Source: the human T2T-CHM13v2.0 reference genome, Homo sapiens
Length of the DNA: 64,000 bases
NCBI RefSeq assembly: GCF_009914755.1
Contig: NC_060927.1
Reading direction: 5' to 3' (one strand)
Below the pieces are notes generated by a model that saw only the letters and a list, made by a program, of their open reading frames with translations, did not search any database and was not told the origin of the DNA. The position numbers were made by a program, and so were the translations under genes. Shown piece after piece: positions 41,231 to 61,534 of the stretch; the first letter of the stretch is position 1; the number at the start of each line of letters is the position of its first letter.

Positions 41231-41669
41231 TTGAAACCTAAAGCACAGAGTAGTGTATTTTCTGCTACAGTGTTACAAAGATGTTTCTTGACAAAGTCAG
41301 AATTGGAATGCAAACATATCCATAACACCAAATCTGATGTTCAAAATTCATATACCCTATCCAGTACAACCTTCTCAGGATCTCCTTGCTGGCTCTCAAT
41401 GCTTGCTTACTGAGTTTTAGGAATCAAATTCTGTACAACCTCAAACATTTACTACAGTGTCATTTCTCCTATCTTCCAGGAGCAGAGCTTCATTTCCCCT
41501 TTTACATTTGTGTCCTTTTTAGTCATCACTGCCATCCCAATTTAATTCTGTCTTCTTATCACTTATCTTCTGAAGCTCTTATCAGCTGGGTACACCACCC
41601 TTTATAATCCGTCTTTTAACCATCCTATCTTTATGGGTATCATGAGAGAGCCCAGGATCCTCCTCCATT

Positions 41670-41940
41670 ATAGTGTAGGAGTTAAGAAATGGGCTCTGAA
41701 GCCATACTACTTAAGTCTGAAGTTCTCTGTTTCCACAAATCCCACTTTTTAGCTTGGGGACCTTGAATACATTTTCTGCTTTCAGTTTCTTATCTGTGAA
41801 ATGTAGATTAAAATTATACCTACCTAATTGAGTTGTTGATCAGATTAAATGAATGAATGCATGTTAAGTACTTGCAAATAGCACCTGGAACCTATCAAGC
41901 ACGATATAAATATTATCTGTTGTTATTATTATTATTATTT
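41670..41940 (+). mobile_element. MIR relic
   Basis: GTTAAGAAATGGGCTCTGAAGCCA...TTCAGTTTCTTATCTGTGAAATG...ATTATT tail. Confidence 0.7.
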
Positions 41941-42294
41941 GTTAAAGAATTCCAAACATAGCTAAGTTATCACTTCCAAATTTATCCTTTTGTTCCCTGC
42001 TACCATCCAGTAAACGGATCTTACCTAAATGATGTATTGAATAAAATGTGAAAAGCCTGAAACTGTACGGGGCACAGGGAAACACTCATAAACTGCTAGC
42101 CTCTATAGTAAATAGAGTAGAGAGGAATTAAAATAGATAAACAAATAATGAGCTAGCATTAGAAAGACAGATTTTACAATTTAAGATATTTGAAGTAAAA
42201 CAACTATGAGTGGCATGAAAATCTAAAGTGTATTCAGGTTTGTGTATAGCAAAACCTGAGTGGAGTTGAGGAAATTTAGAAATGAAATTCTTCT

Positions 42295-42650
42295 AAAAAA
42301 GGAGTTTATGTCCTTTGCAGGGGTATTGATGAAGCTGGAAACCATCATCCTCAGAAAAGTAACACAGAAACAGAAAACCAAACACTGCATGTTCTAACTC
42401 ATAAGTGGGGTTGAAAAATGAGAACACATGGACACAGGGAGGGGAACATCACACACGGGGGCCTTTCTGGGGATAGGGGGAAAGGAGAGAGAGAGTGTTA
42501 GGACAAATACCTAATGCATGCAGGACTTAAAACCTAGATGATAGGTTGATGGGTGCAGCAAACCACCATGGCACATGTATACCTATGTAACAAACCTGCA
42601 CGTTCAGCACATGTATCCCAGAACTTAAAATAAAAAATAATTAATTTAAA
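42295..42650 (+). mobile_element. L1PA8-like 3' fragment in left arm
   Basis: GGACAAATACCTAATGCATGC...AAAACCTAGATGATAGGTTGATGGGTGCAGCAAACCACCATGG. Confidence 0.85.
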
Positions 42651-43067
42651 AGAGTTAAAAAAATTAAAAAATACTAAAGTCAGAAAAGATTTACTAGATT
42701 CCTACTATGTGCAAGATACTAAGAGAAAAAAGTAAATAAGATATTCCTACTGCCCTCAAAAAGTTTACACTTTTTGATTCTCAGCCCCTCAGCACTTGAC
42801 CTAATTTGCCCTAGACTTTCTTCCTGAAAGTCCCTTTCTTTGGATTTTGAGACCCTATTCATTCCTAGTTCTGGTTCTGTTTCTAACACTTAATCTTCTT
42901 CTATATCTCTTCCTATATGAATACACTTGTTCACCTTTCCACATCGTGTAAACTTTTTGAGGGCAGTAGGAATATCTTATTTGCTTTTTTTCTCTTAGTA
43001 TCTTGCACATAGTAGGAATCTAGTAAATCTTTTCTGACTTTAGTATTTTTTAATTTTTTTAACTCTT

Positions 43068-43425
43068 AAATTAATTAATTTATTTTTTATTTTAAGTTCT
43101 GGGATACATGTGCTGAACGTGCAGGTTTGTTACATAGGTATACATGTGCCATGGTGGTTTGCTGCACCCATCAACCTATCATCTAGGTTTTAAGTCCTGC
43201 ATGCATTAGGTATTTGTCCTAACACTCTCTCTCTCCTTTCCCCCTATCCCCAGAAAGGCCCCCGTGTGTGATGTTCCCCTCCCTGTGTCCATGTGTTCTC
43301 ATTTTTCAACCCCACTTATGAGTTAGAACATGCAGTGTTTGGTTTTCTGTTTCTGTGTTACTTTTCTGAGGATGATGGTTTCCAGCTTCATCAATACCCC
43401 TGCAAAGGACATAAACTCCTTTTTT
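43068..43425 (-). mobile_element. L1PA8-like 3' fragment in right arm
   Basis: Reverse complement of 42295-42650. Confidence 0.85.
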
Positions 43426-43864
43426 AGAAGAATTTCGTTTCTAAATTTCCTCAACTCCACTCAGGTTTTGCTATACACAAACCTGAATACACTTTAGATT
43501 TTCATGCCACTCATAGTTGTTTTACTTCAAATATCTTAAATTGTAAAATCTGTCTTTCTAATGCTAGCTCATTATTTATCTATTTTAATTCCTCTCTACT
43601 CTATTTACTATACTTACACTAATAATGCCTAACATTTATTGAGTGCCTACAATATTCCAGACAATGTATTCGTTGTTTTACCTGCATTATTTCACTTAAT
43701 ATTTACATAATCCCATGAAATATTGTTATTATGTTTATTTTACAGATAAAGGACTTAAGGCCCTAGGAAGTCAAGTTATTGTCCCAAGGTCTCAGAGCTA
43801 CTGGCTTTGCCAGAATCAGGCTACAAATTCATGTTTCCTTCATCTTTTCTCTATGCCATTTTGA

Positions 43865-44224
<360 letters not shown>

Positions 44225-46030
44225 TCTAGATGGTAATTACTATAGCAATTCTGAGGAATATAATTTTTAATAATATGTCTTAACTTTTCTTTGAAAGTCT
44301 AGTTTCTATCCATTGGTTCTCTAACTGCATTTATTAATGCTTCTCAAAGCACATAGTCTCCTTGTACCTCAGAGAATGTGGCATTTGATAACCAGATTTC
44401 TTGTCTGAGCTGGCTGCAATGGTGTTGGAAATTGGCTCTGCAGCTGGGCTGGACTGCAGTTAGGAAACATGATTGTAGATGGTGAACTGTCACTGCTGGG
44501 ATGTGAACCAGACATGAATGCTAAGCAATAGTGTCCACAGTTTGCAACCCAGGAACTGCCAAATTGACAGCTAGACTAAACTGTAGCAGCATAGGAAAAT
44601 GTGGCTAGTTTCTCCAGTCAGTCAATACAAAGTCTTATATTGTACTATAATGAATACAATCTTACTGTCCCAAAAACTGAGATGCTGTCAATTATGAATC
44701 TCAGTTAGATTCTTAGCAAGTATTTCATGTGTGAACACCCGTATAAGCCTCATAATGGCCCTAACTGTAGTTGGTTTGGATTAGCTTTTACAGTGAACAT
44801 GCAGTTCATTAAGCTTACAGAAACTCCAACAGCAGCTGCACATCTCTCCATGAACTATATAGGTTTTTTGCATTTTATCTAGGACTAGATGAAAGGGATC
44901 CATAAGGCTGTGCTAGAAATAAGTCTTGATTCTCTGAGGGACTTGAATAGATATAGAGTGTGTATGAAATGAATAATATCAGTAATGAGCAAAACTTGAA
45001 AGGAAAATCTAAAGGTTTGGGGGGTTCTGTTTCCTTTTAAGGAAGTTGTGGCAAATTATTGTTTTATAATAATTTTGCTTTGAGAATTTCTTCAGGCTTG
45101 GGATATTCATTTGTTATTTCACTAGACAGAACATCTGCTTACCTTCCTCACCATTCTCTCACATATTTCTTTGTCATTCATTTCCTTCATGCCAGGGACT
45201 TCTGCAAGTTCCCATTATGTTCCAAGCACTGGGGCTGGAAATGAGTTCTTTGATACAAAAAAACAAACGTCTCTGCCCTCAAGAAGCTCATGGTCTAGTG
45301 GGGAAGACAATTGCATAAAAAGAGAATATAGCAACACAGTGGTAAAGATGTGTATATTATATTAAAGGAACCCCAGTGGGTAGCATCTATGCCACCTGAA
45401 AGGGGGTTCAGAAAAGGCTTTTAATAGAAGACACTTGAGTTGAACTTTAAGAGAAGTAGGAATCAGTCCAAAGAAGAAAAATGCCAATGTCTAGACATCC
45501 CCAATATATAGGATTACCACACAGATAGAGATCCCATTATAATTCATATATCAACAATTAAAGAAGCTATTGGGATTTTAGAGTAGATATTTTTATTTGC
45601 AATATATCCAAATATTTTTTCTTAGGACTAGAACATTTTCTCTGTCTGGTAAAATGCCACTGTATCTTTAGATATGAACATGTGCATTGTTTAAGTACAT
45701 GAAGACTTCGTTAAACATAGACACCTCAACTTTATTAGTAGAATCACTGGCTTTAGAGCATCTTTGAAGATCAAAAAGTGAGAATCTAGAGAGGTGAAAT
45801 CAAGAGACTCTGACCAGTGACACACCTTCTCAGATGCTCTGGGGCTTATGGAGGTATGCATGGAAGTTACCAGCATATGTTTTAAAGAAAGTGATTTGAA
45901 TAAAGCATTACATGAGTGTGTTGGGAGGTAGTCATGCTGAGGTCAGAATTAGCCAGATTCTTTCCATGTCATCTGCAATCCTTTCATCTAACTTCCAAAA
46001 GAGTGGTTGCTGGAAAACCTAAAGAAATGT

Positions 46031-46341
46031 TTAATTTTAATTTTTTTAATTTTTTTTTATTTAGAGACAAGGTCTCTCACTGTCCCCCAGCCTGGAGTGC
46101 AGGGGGCAATCATCACTCACTGCAGCCTGGCCCTCCTAGGCTCAAACAATCCTCCTACCTCAGCCTCGAGTAGCTGGACTACAAGTGCATGCCACCATGC
46201 CCAGCTAGTTTTTTAAAAACTTTGTAAAAATGGGGTCTCACTATATTGCCCAAGCTGGTCTCACACTACTGGCCTCAACTGCTTCTCCTGCCTTGGCCTC
46301 CCAAACTGCTGGAATTACAGGCATGAGACACTGTGCCCAGC
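46031..46341 (-). mobile_element. Alu, AluJo-like
   Basis: Diverged dimer with GGCTCAAACAATCCTCCTACC and GGTCTCACTATATTGCCCA. Confidence 0.9.
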
Positions 46342-47384
46342 GCTAAGGAAAAATGTAATATGGCATCTTTTAGGAAAAAAGTATTCTGGACTTAAGCTTG
46401 AAATTTGTGCTGCTGATTTTAATAAAATAACATTTAGCTGCCTCCAGTGTAAACCTTTCACAGATTCTAAAAGAGGTGTTTTTTGTGTTTTTTTTCTTGC
46501 AATTTCAGAAATGTAAATTGGCTATTATAGTTTACAAGGTAGGTACATGTTTTGTTATATAAATAACTCAGAAATATCTCTCTGGCTCTTCATACAATAC
46601 AATCTTTGCAAAGTAGAAATATATCATGAAGACTAAGTGAAATAAATATAATCATAGCCAAGTTTTGATTTTTTAAAAAAAGAATATTCAATGTTTTTAT
46701 TAGACTCAAAGGTCTTTACACCCCCTCCAGGCCCCAGGCTTTATTAAGGTATAATTGATAAATTAAAATTGTGTATTTTTACAGTGTACAATGTGGTTTT
46801 GATACATGTATATTTTGTGGAATTATTAAATCAAGCTAATTAACATAACTATCACCTCAAATATTTATCTTTTTTTGTGATGAGAACATTTATGATCTAT
46901 TCACTTAGCAATTTTTAAAATTTACAATATATTATTATTGACTGTAGTCAACATAACTCTCCAGAAATTATTTATCCTTTCTAACAGAAATATTGTATCT
47001 TCAACCAACATCTCATTTCTCCCTTACCTCCCTTCCCAGGCCCTGGAAACCACCATTCTGCTCTCTGCTTATACAAATTCAAATTTTTTAATTCCACATA
47101 TAAGTAAGATAATACAGTATTTCTGAACCTGACGTTCACTTAGTATAATGTCCCCCAAGTTCATCCGTGTTGCTGCTCATGACGGGATTTTCTTCTTTTA
47201 AAAGACTGAATAGTATTCTGTTGTGGGTGTCTTTTTTCTTTATTCATTTCTTTATGCATTCATCTGTCAATGGGCACTTACATTGAACATGGGAGTACAG
47301 TAATCTCTTCAACATACTGATTTAATTGTCCTTGAATATATACCCTGAAGTGTGAATAATGGATCATAAATAAATTCCTTTTTT

Positions 47385-47442
47385 AAAAATAAATCACTCA
47401 GTTTCAGGTACTCTGTTATAAGCAAGGAAAATGAACTAAGAC
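47385..47442 (+). mobile_element. MST/MLT LTR 3' tip only
   Basis: ATAAATCACTCAGTTTCAGGTACTCTGTTATAAGCAAGGAAAATGAACTAAGACA. Confidence 0.65.
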
Positions 47443-48099
47443 AGATATTAACCTTTTATCATAAGTATAATTTGCAAATATTTTCTCTCATTCCATAAGT
47501 TGTCTTTTCGTTCTGTTCATTGGTGTTTTTTTTGTTTTGTTTTGTTTTGTTGTTGTTGTTGTTGTTGTGTTGTTGTTTCTGTGCAGGAGGTTTTTAGTTT
47601 GACTCAGTCCTGTTTGTGTATTTTTGCTTTTTTGGCCGGTGCTTTTGAGGACGTATTCAAAAAATAATTGTTCAGACCAATGTCAAGAAGCTTTTCCTCT
47701 ATGTTTATTTGAATAGTTTTACAGTTCAGGTCGTATACTTAAACCTTTAATTCATTCTGGTTTGATTTTGTATATGGGGTAAGATAAGGGTTCAATTTCA
47801 TTCGTACACATGTGGATAGTTATTGAAGATACTGTCTATTCTCTATTAGGTGTTCTTGACATTTTTGTCAAGGATCAATTAACCATAAATTTGTGGATTA
47901 GTTTATTGGTTTTCTTTCTGTCCCATTGGTCTATTTGTGTATTTTATGCCAGTACCATGTTGTTTTGATTAGTGTAGATTTGTAGTATTTTTGAAATCAA
48001 TTAGTGTGATATATCCAGCTTTATTCCTTTTGATCAAAATTGCTTTGGCTATTGAAGGTCTTCTGTGGTTCTCTATGAATCTTAGGATTTCTTTCTATG

Positions 48100-48195
48100 T
48101 CCATGGTATGTATACATTTACCTATGTAACGAACCTGCACTTCCTACACATGTGTCCTTGAGCTTAAAATAAAAGTTGGAAATAAAAAAATTAAA
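48100..48195 (+). mobile_element. Short old L1PA 3' end inserted in the L1MA
   Basis: TTTACCTATGTAACGAACCTGCAC...CTTAAAATAAAAGTT followed by an A-rich tail. Confidence 0.7.
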
Positions 48196-49067
48196 AATGT
48201 GGGAAATATTTTAAAATGCAATGAGAATTTTGATAGGAACCACATTGAATCTGTAGATTTCTTTGGGTAGTAGGGGCATTTCAGTAGTATTAATTCTTTT
48301 AATCCATGAACACCGGATATCTTTCTATTTGTTTGTGTTGTCTTCAGTTTCTTTCATCAATGTTCTATAGTTTTCAGTGGACAGACCTTTCACCTCCTTG
48401 GTTACATTTCTTGCCAAGTATTTCATTTTTATTGATGCTATTATATGTGGAATTGCTAGATTGATTTATTTTTTGAATAATTTGCTGTTGGAGTATAAAA
48501 ATGCAACTGATGTTTTGTGCTGATTTTGCATCCTGCAATTTTATTTAATTTGTTTTTTAGTTCTAGCAGTTTCTGGTAGAGTCTGCAGGATTTCCTATAT
48601 ATAAGAACTTGTCATCTGCAAATAGAGACAATTTTATTTCTTCCTTTATATTTTGGATATCTTTTCTTTCTTTCTTTTTTTTTTTTTTTTTTGCCTAATT
48701 TATCTGTCTAGGAATTCCAGCACTATATTGAATAGATGTGGTGAAAGTGAACATCTTTATCATGTTTTTGATCTTAGAGGAAAAGCCTTTAGCTTTTCAT
48801 TGGTTAGTTTGATGTTAGCTGTGGGCTGGTTGTATATAGCCTGTACTTAGTCAAGATACATTTCTTCTACACATAATTTGTTGGAAGTTTTTTCATGAAA
48901 GGATATTGAATTTTTTCAGATGTTTTTACTTCATCCAATGAGGTGACCATATGGGTTTTATCCTTCACTGTGTTAATGTGGTATATCTCATTTGTTAATT
49001 TGTATATATTAAACAATTATTGCATTCCAAGGATAAATCCTACTTGACCATGGTGTATGATCCTTTT

Positions 49068-51676
<2,609 letters not shown>

Positions 51677-51734
51677 TAGTGTTATGTTGAGGAATTTGCA
51701 TCTATGTTCATCAAGAATATTAGCCTGTAATTTT

Positions 51735-51910
<176 letters not shown>

Positions 51911-54900
51911 TAATTTTCTTTCTTGAAGTGTCCTTGTCTGACTTTTCTATCAGGATGATGTTGGCTTTATAAAATGAGTTTGGAAGTGTTTCTTCCTCTT
52001 CACCTTTTTGGAAGCATTTGAGAGGAATAGGTGCCAGTTTTTAAAATATTTAATAAAATATACCAATGAAACCATCAAATATGGGACTTTTCTTTTTTGG
52101 AAAGTTTCTATTTACTGATTCAATCTCCTTCCCTGTATTGGTGTGTTCAGATCTTCTATTTCTGAGATGATCCAGTCTTGATAGATTTTGTGTTTCTAGG
52201 AATTTATCCATTTCTTCTAGGATGTTGCATTCATTGGAGTATAACTCTTCATAGTAGTGTCTCATGATCCTTTATGGTGCTGTTCTATAAATTGTAATGT
52301 CGTCTCTTTCATTTATAATTTTATGCACATATTCTTTTTTTAGTGTAGCTAAAGGTTCATCATCTTATCAAAACAGCAAATCTTAGTTTTATTAGCTTTT
52401 TCTATTGTTTTCCTAGTTTTAATTTTATTTATATCTACTCTGATCTTTCTCATTTTCCTCCTGCTGGTGAATTAGGGCTTACTTTGTTGTTCTTTTTCTA
52501 GTTCCTCGATGTATAAATTAGTTTTTTTTTTTTCTTGAGATCTTTTTTCTCTCTCAATGTACGTCTTTTTTGCTATAAACATATCTCTTAGCACTGCTTT
52601 TGCTGCATGCCATATGTTTTGGTAAGTTGTGTATCCATTTTCATTTATCTCAAGATATTTTTTGATTTCCCTTTTCATTTATTCTTGACCCATTGATTGT
52701 TGAGATAGGTGTTGTTTAATTTCCACATTTTGGTGAATTTTCTAATTTTCTTCCTGTTAGTGTTTTCAAGTTTTAAAACATTATAGTCAGGAAAGATACT
52801 GGATATGATTTCAGTCTTCTTAAATTTCTTAATACTTGTTTTATGACCTAATATGATCTACTTGGACAATGTTCCATATGCACCTGAAAAGAATGTGTGT
52901 TTTGCTGCTGTTGGATAAAGTGTTCTGTATATGTCTAATAGGTCTATTTGCTCTACAGTATTGTTCAAGCCCACTGTTTTCTTATTGACTTTCTATCTAG
53001 ATGATCTATCCATTGTTGAAAGTTGGCTATTGAAGTCTTCCATTATTGTATTACTGTCTACTTCTCCCAGCAGTCATGTTAGTATTTGCCCTATACATTT
53101 ACATGGTGCCTTTTTGGGTGCATATACACTTATAATCATTCTGTAATCTTAGTGAGTTGACTCTCGTGACCTCCTTTGTATTTCATAATAGTTTTTGTCT
53201 TAACATCTATTTTCTCTGATATAAATAGCCACCTTTCCTCTCTTTTGTTTACATAGAATGTCTTTTTCCATTCCTTCACTTTCAGTACATGTGGGTTTTA
53301 AAACTCAAGTTAATCTCTTGTAGGCAGCACATAATTTAATCTTATCTTTTTATTTATGTAGACACTTTGTGTCTTTTGATTGGAGAATTTAATCAATTTA
53401 CATCTAAAGTAATTATTGATAGGTAAAGACTTACTACTGCCATTTTGTTAATATTGTCCTGACTACTTAGTTCCATTCTGCCTCTATTATTGTCTTTCTT
53501 TGTGATATGTGATTTTCTCTAGTGGTATTATTTGTTTCCTTTTTCTTAACTTTTTGTGAATTTTGTACAGTTTTTTTTCTTGTAGTTACCATGAGGCTTA
53601 TGTAAAACATCTCATAGCTATATCAGACTATTTTAGGCTGATAACAATTTAATTTCATTGGCATTCAAAAACTACACTTTACCTTTTCCTCCTGCATGTT
53701 TTATGTTATTTATGTCTCAATTTACATTTTTTGTATTTATCCTGTCCATTAACAAATTATTGTAAATACAGTTATTTTAATACTTTTTTTGTATTTATAA
53801 ACCACCAGGTTTATTTACATACCACCATTACAGTATCAGAGTAGTCTGAATTTGACCATATTCTTACCTTATAATGAGTTATACTTTCATATTTTTCATG
53901 TTGTTGGCTGACATCCTTTTGTTTTAACTTGGAAAATTCACTTTAGCATTTCTTGTAAGACAATTCCAGCGGTAATAATCTCCCATGGCTTTTCTTTGTC
54001 TTGGAAAGTCCTTACTTATCTCTCATTCATTTCTGAAAATTAGATTTGCTGGGTATAGTATTCTTTGTTGACAGGCCTTTTTGTCTTTCTTTCTTTCATT
54101 TTAACATATTGAATATATCAGCCCACTCTCTCCTCACCTGTAATGTTTTTGCTGAAAAAACTGCTAATAATCTTATGAACTTTCCCTTGTATGTAGCAAG
54201 TTGTCTTTCTCTTGTTTTCTAACTTCTGTCTTATGTTTGACTTTTGAAAATTTCATTATTATGTGTCTTGATGAAGATCTCTCCATATTTAATCTATTTG
54301 GGTTATTTGGGCTTCATGGATATGGAGATTCATTTTCATCTCCAGATATGGGGAGTTTTTTTAATCATTATTTCTTCTGGCCCCTTTATCTTTCTCTGCC
54401 CCTTCTTGAACTACCATGATGCATACATTGTTTCACTTGATCTTTTCTCAGAATTTCTGTAGGCTTTCTTTACACCTTTTTATTCTTTTTTTCTTTTCAT
54501 TTCCCTGTCTGGGTAATTTGAAATATGCTTTCTTTGAGCTTGCTGATTCTTTCTTTGCTTGATTGAGTCCACTGTTGAAGCTTTGTATAAAATTTTCAGT
54601 TCAGTCATTGATTTGTAGTGCCACAACTTTTGTTTGGTTATTTTTTATAGCATATCTTTGTTCTACTTTTTATTCTGTACATGTATTGTTTTCCTAATTT
54701 TATTTTTTTTTTATTTATGTTCTTTTGTAGCTAAGTGGGCTTCTTTAAAATTATTTTGAATTCTTTGTCAGGAAGTTCACAGACCTCTATTTTTTAAGGA
54801 AGGGTCAGTTACTGGTGCTTTACTTTTTTTCCTTTGGTGGTATTATGTTTTCCTGATGTTTATGATTATGTGGACATAAATTAGTATGTGCACATATGAA

Positions 54901-55019
54901 AAAGTAAGCACCTATTTCAGTCTTTACAGACAGGCTTTGGAAAGAAAAGTTCCACTAGTCAGTTTATCCAAAGATTCTTGGAAGACCATCTTGCAGGGTT
55001 CATGGGTAGACTTGCTGCT

Positions 55020-55770
55020 AGAGTCTTGGGGCCTGGTGTAGGGTCAGAAGCTTGGCAGGCTTAGCACCTGGTTCCACAGGTGTAGGCTTAGTGCCTGGGT
55101 CCACAGGGTTGAGCCCAGAGCCTGAGTCCACTCTGGAGTCTGGAGCTTGAATCTGCTGCGGTGGGCTTGAATCCTGAGTCACTGGGGCTCAGCTTGTGGC
55201 TGAGATCCACTGCAGTGCGCTTGTTTACTGGGTCTGTGGGAGTGGTCATATTGGAGTTTGGATCCTCAGGGGCAGGCCTGGAAGCTATATTCACAAGTCC
55301 TGAATTTGTACGGACTATCCTGAAGCTAGAGTTACTGGGATTATAGCTTGGTACCTAGGCCCATAGGGGCAGGCCCAGGGCCTGCTTCCATGGGAACGGG
55401 CCTAGAGCCTAAGTCCATAGGGGCTGGCCTAGTTCTGGATCTAGCCTAGAGCCTGAGTTCACAGGGGTAGTTCTGGAGTCTGGGAATATAGGGGCCAGCC
55501 TGGTGCTAAGGTCTACTGGGGTGGACCTGAACCCTGATGTACTATAGCCAGAGGCCTGAAGCCTAGATTCATTAATGCTAGTCTGAGGCCTGAGACAACC
55601 ACTGGAGCTAGCCTGGCTCTAGGGTAGGCCTGAAACCTTTGGCTGTGGGGTCCAGCCTGGAGCCTGGGGCTGTAGGGTCCTGCCTGGCATTGGAGTGGGC
55701 CTGAAGGCTTTACCTGTACGTGCTGGTCTGGAACTTGGGGCTATGGCCGCCAACCTGATGCCAGGGTTCA
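55020..55770. repeat. Degenerate ~27-bp tandem array in the old L1 5' region
   Basis: Consecutive units CCTAGGCCCATAGGGGCAGGCCCAGGG, CCTGCTTCCATGGGAACGGGCCTAGAG, CCTAAGTCCATAGGGGCTGGCCTAGTT. Confidence 0.75.
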
Positions 55771-55773
55771 CAA

Positions 55774-56310
55774 TCTCACCAGCATCTGTTATTTTTTGAC
55801 TTTTTAATAATAGCCATTCTGACTGATGTGAATGTTGCCTCACTGTGGTTTTGATTTGTATTTCTCTTATGATTAGTGATATTGAACTTTTTTTCATGTG
55901 CTTTTTGGCCACGTGTATATCTTTTCTCCCATTCCATAGGTTGTCTCTTTGTTCTATTCATAGTTTTCTTTTGCTGTGCAGAAGCTCTTTAGTTGAAATA
56001 GATCCCATTTGTCAATTTTGGCTTTTCTTGCAATTGCTTTTGGTGCCTTCATCATGAAAACCTGTTCCTATGTTCAGAATGGTATTGCCTTGGTTGTCTT
56101 CCAGGGTTCTTATAGTTTTGGGTTTTACATATAAGTCTTTAATCCATCTCGAGTTGATTTTTGTATATAGTGTAAAGACAGGATCCATTTTCAATCTTCT
56201 ACATGTGGCTAGCCAGTTATCCCAGCACTATTTATTGAACAGAGGGTCCTTTCCCATGGCTTGTATTTGTCAGGTTGGTCGAAGATCAGATGGTTGTGGG
56301 TGTGTGGCCT
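55774..56310 (-). mobile_element. Internally deleted older L1P ORF2 C-terminal fragment
   Basis: Minus-strand peptides [19 protein letters not shown] and MAIIKKSKNNRCW. Confidence 0.75.
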
Positions 56311-56633
56311 AATGTGGTGCTTTTCTTCTCATGTTTATCCTCCTTGAGTTCATTGAAATTTTGGGATATGTGGTTTTAGTTATCAAATTTAGAAAATGTT
56401 TGATCATTTTTACAATTTATTTATTATTATTATACTTTAAGTTTTAGGGTACATGTGCACAATGTGCAAGTTAGTTACATATGTATACATGTGCCATGCT
56501 GGTGCGCTGCACCCACTAACTCGTCATCTAGCATTAGGTATATCTCCCAGTGCTATCCCTCCCCCCTCCCCCCACCCCACAACAGTCCCCAGAGTGTGAT
56601 GTTCCCCTTCCTGTTTCCATGTGTTCTCATTGT

Positions 56634-60454
<3,821 letters not shown>

Positions 60455-60517
60455 TATGATGTTAGCTGGTTATTTTGCTCGTTAGTTGATGCAGTTTCTT
60501 CCTAGTCTCGATGGTCT

Positions 60518-61534
60518 TTACATTTTGGCATGATTTTGCAGCGGCTGGTACCGGTTGTTCCTTTCCATGTTTAGCGCTTCCTTCAGGAGCTCTTTTAGGG
60601 CAGGCCTGGTGGTGACAAAATCTCTCAGCATTTGCTTGTCTGTAAAGTATTTTATTTCTCCTTCACTTATGAAGCTTAGTTTGGCTGGATACGAAATTCT
60701 GGGTTGAAAATTCTTTTCTTTAAGAATGTTGAATATTGGCCCCCACTCTCTTCTGGCTTGTAGAGTTTCTGCCGAGAGATCCACTGTTAGTCTGATGGGC
60801 TTCCCTTTGAGGGTAACCCGGCCTTTCTCTCTGGCTGCCCTTAACATTTTTTCCTTCATTTCAACTTTGGTGAATCTGACAATTATGTGTCTTGGAGTTG
60901 CTCTTCTCGAGGAGTATCTTTGTGGCATTCTCTGTATTTCCTGAATCTGAACGTTGGCCTGCCTTGCTAGATTGGGGAAGTTCTCCTGGATAATATCCTG
61001 CAGAGTGTTTTCCAACTTGGTTCCATTCTCCCCGTCACTTTCAGGTATACCAATCAGACGTAGATTTGGTCTTTTCACATAGTCCCACATTTCTTGGAGG
61101 CTTTGTTCATTTCTTTTTATTCTTTTTTCTCTAAACTTCCCTTCTCGCTTCATTTCATTCATTTCATCTTCCATTGCTGATACCCTTTCTTCCAGTTTAT
61201 TGCATCGGCTCCTGAGTCTTCTGCATTCTTCACATAGTTCTTGAGCCTTGGTTTTCAGCTCCATCAGCTCCTTTAAGCACTTCTCTGTATTGGTTATTCT
61301 AGTTATACATTCTTCTAAATTTTTTTCACAGTTTTCAACTTCTTTGCCTTTGGTTTGAATGTCCTCCCGTAGCTCGGAGTAATTTGATCGTCTGAAGCCT
61401 TCTTCTCTCAGCTCGTCAAAGTCATTCTCCGTCCAGCTTTGTTCCGTTGCTGGTGAGGAACTGTGTTCCTTTGGAGGAGGAGAGGCGCTCTGCTTTTTAG
61501 AGTTTCCAGTTTTTCTGCTCTGTTTTTTCCCCAT
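60518..61534 (-). CDS. L1 ORF1p, intact 338 aa
   Basis: MGKKQSRK...QNHAKM, canonical length, with REKG, ARR and YPAKLS motifs retained. Expression unknown. Confidence 0.9.
   Translation of the reverse strand: MGKKQSRKTGNSKKQSASPPPKEHSSSPATEQSWTENDFDELREEGFRRSNYSELREDIQTKGKEVENCEKNLEECITRITNTEKCLKELMELKTKAQELCEECRRLRSRCNKLEERVSAMEDEMNEMKREGKFREKRIKRNEQSLQEMWDYVKRPNLRLIGIPESDGENGTKLENTLQDIIQENFPNLARQANVQIQEIQRMPQRYSSRRATPRHIIVRFTKVEMKEKMLRAAREKGRVTLKGKPIRLTVDLSAETLQARREWGPIFNILKEKNFQPRISYPAKLSFISEGEIKYFTDKQMLRDFVTTRPALKELLKEALNMERNNRYQPLQNHAKM

Larger units (their letters stand above)
42104..43612. repeat. Near-perfect inverted repeat: arms 42104-42770 and 42946-43612, spacer 42771-42945
   Basis: Arms are reverse complements from TATAGTAAATAGAG to AAGTTTACAC. 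By eye they differ only by 2 substitutions, one 4-bp indel and small changes in A/T runs. Confidence 0.97.
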
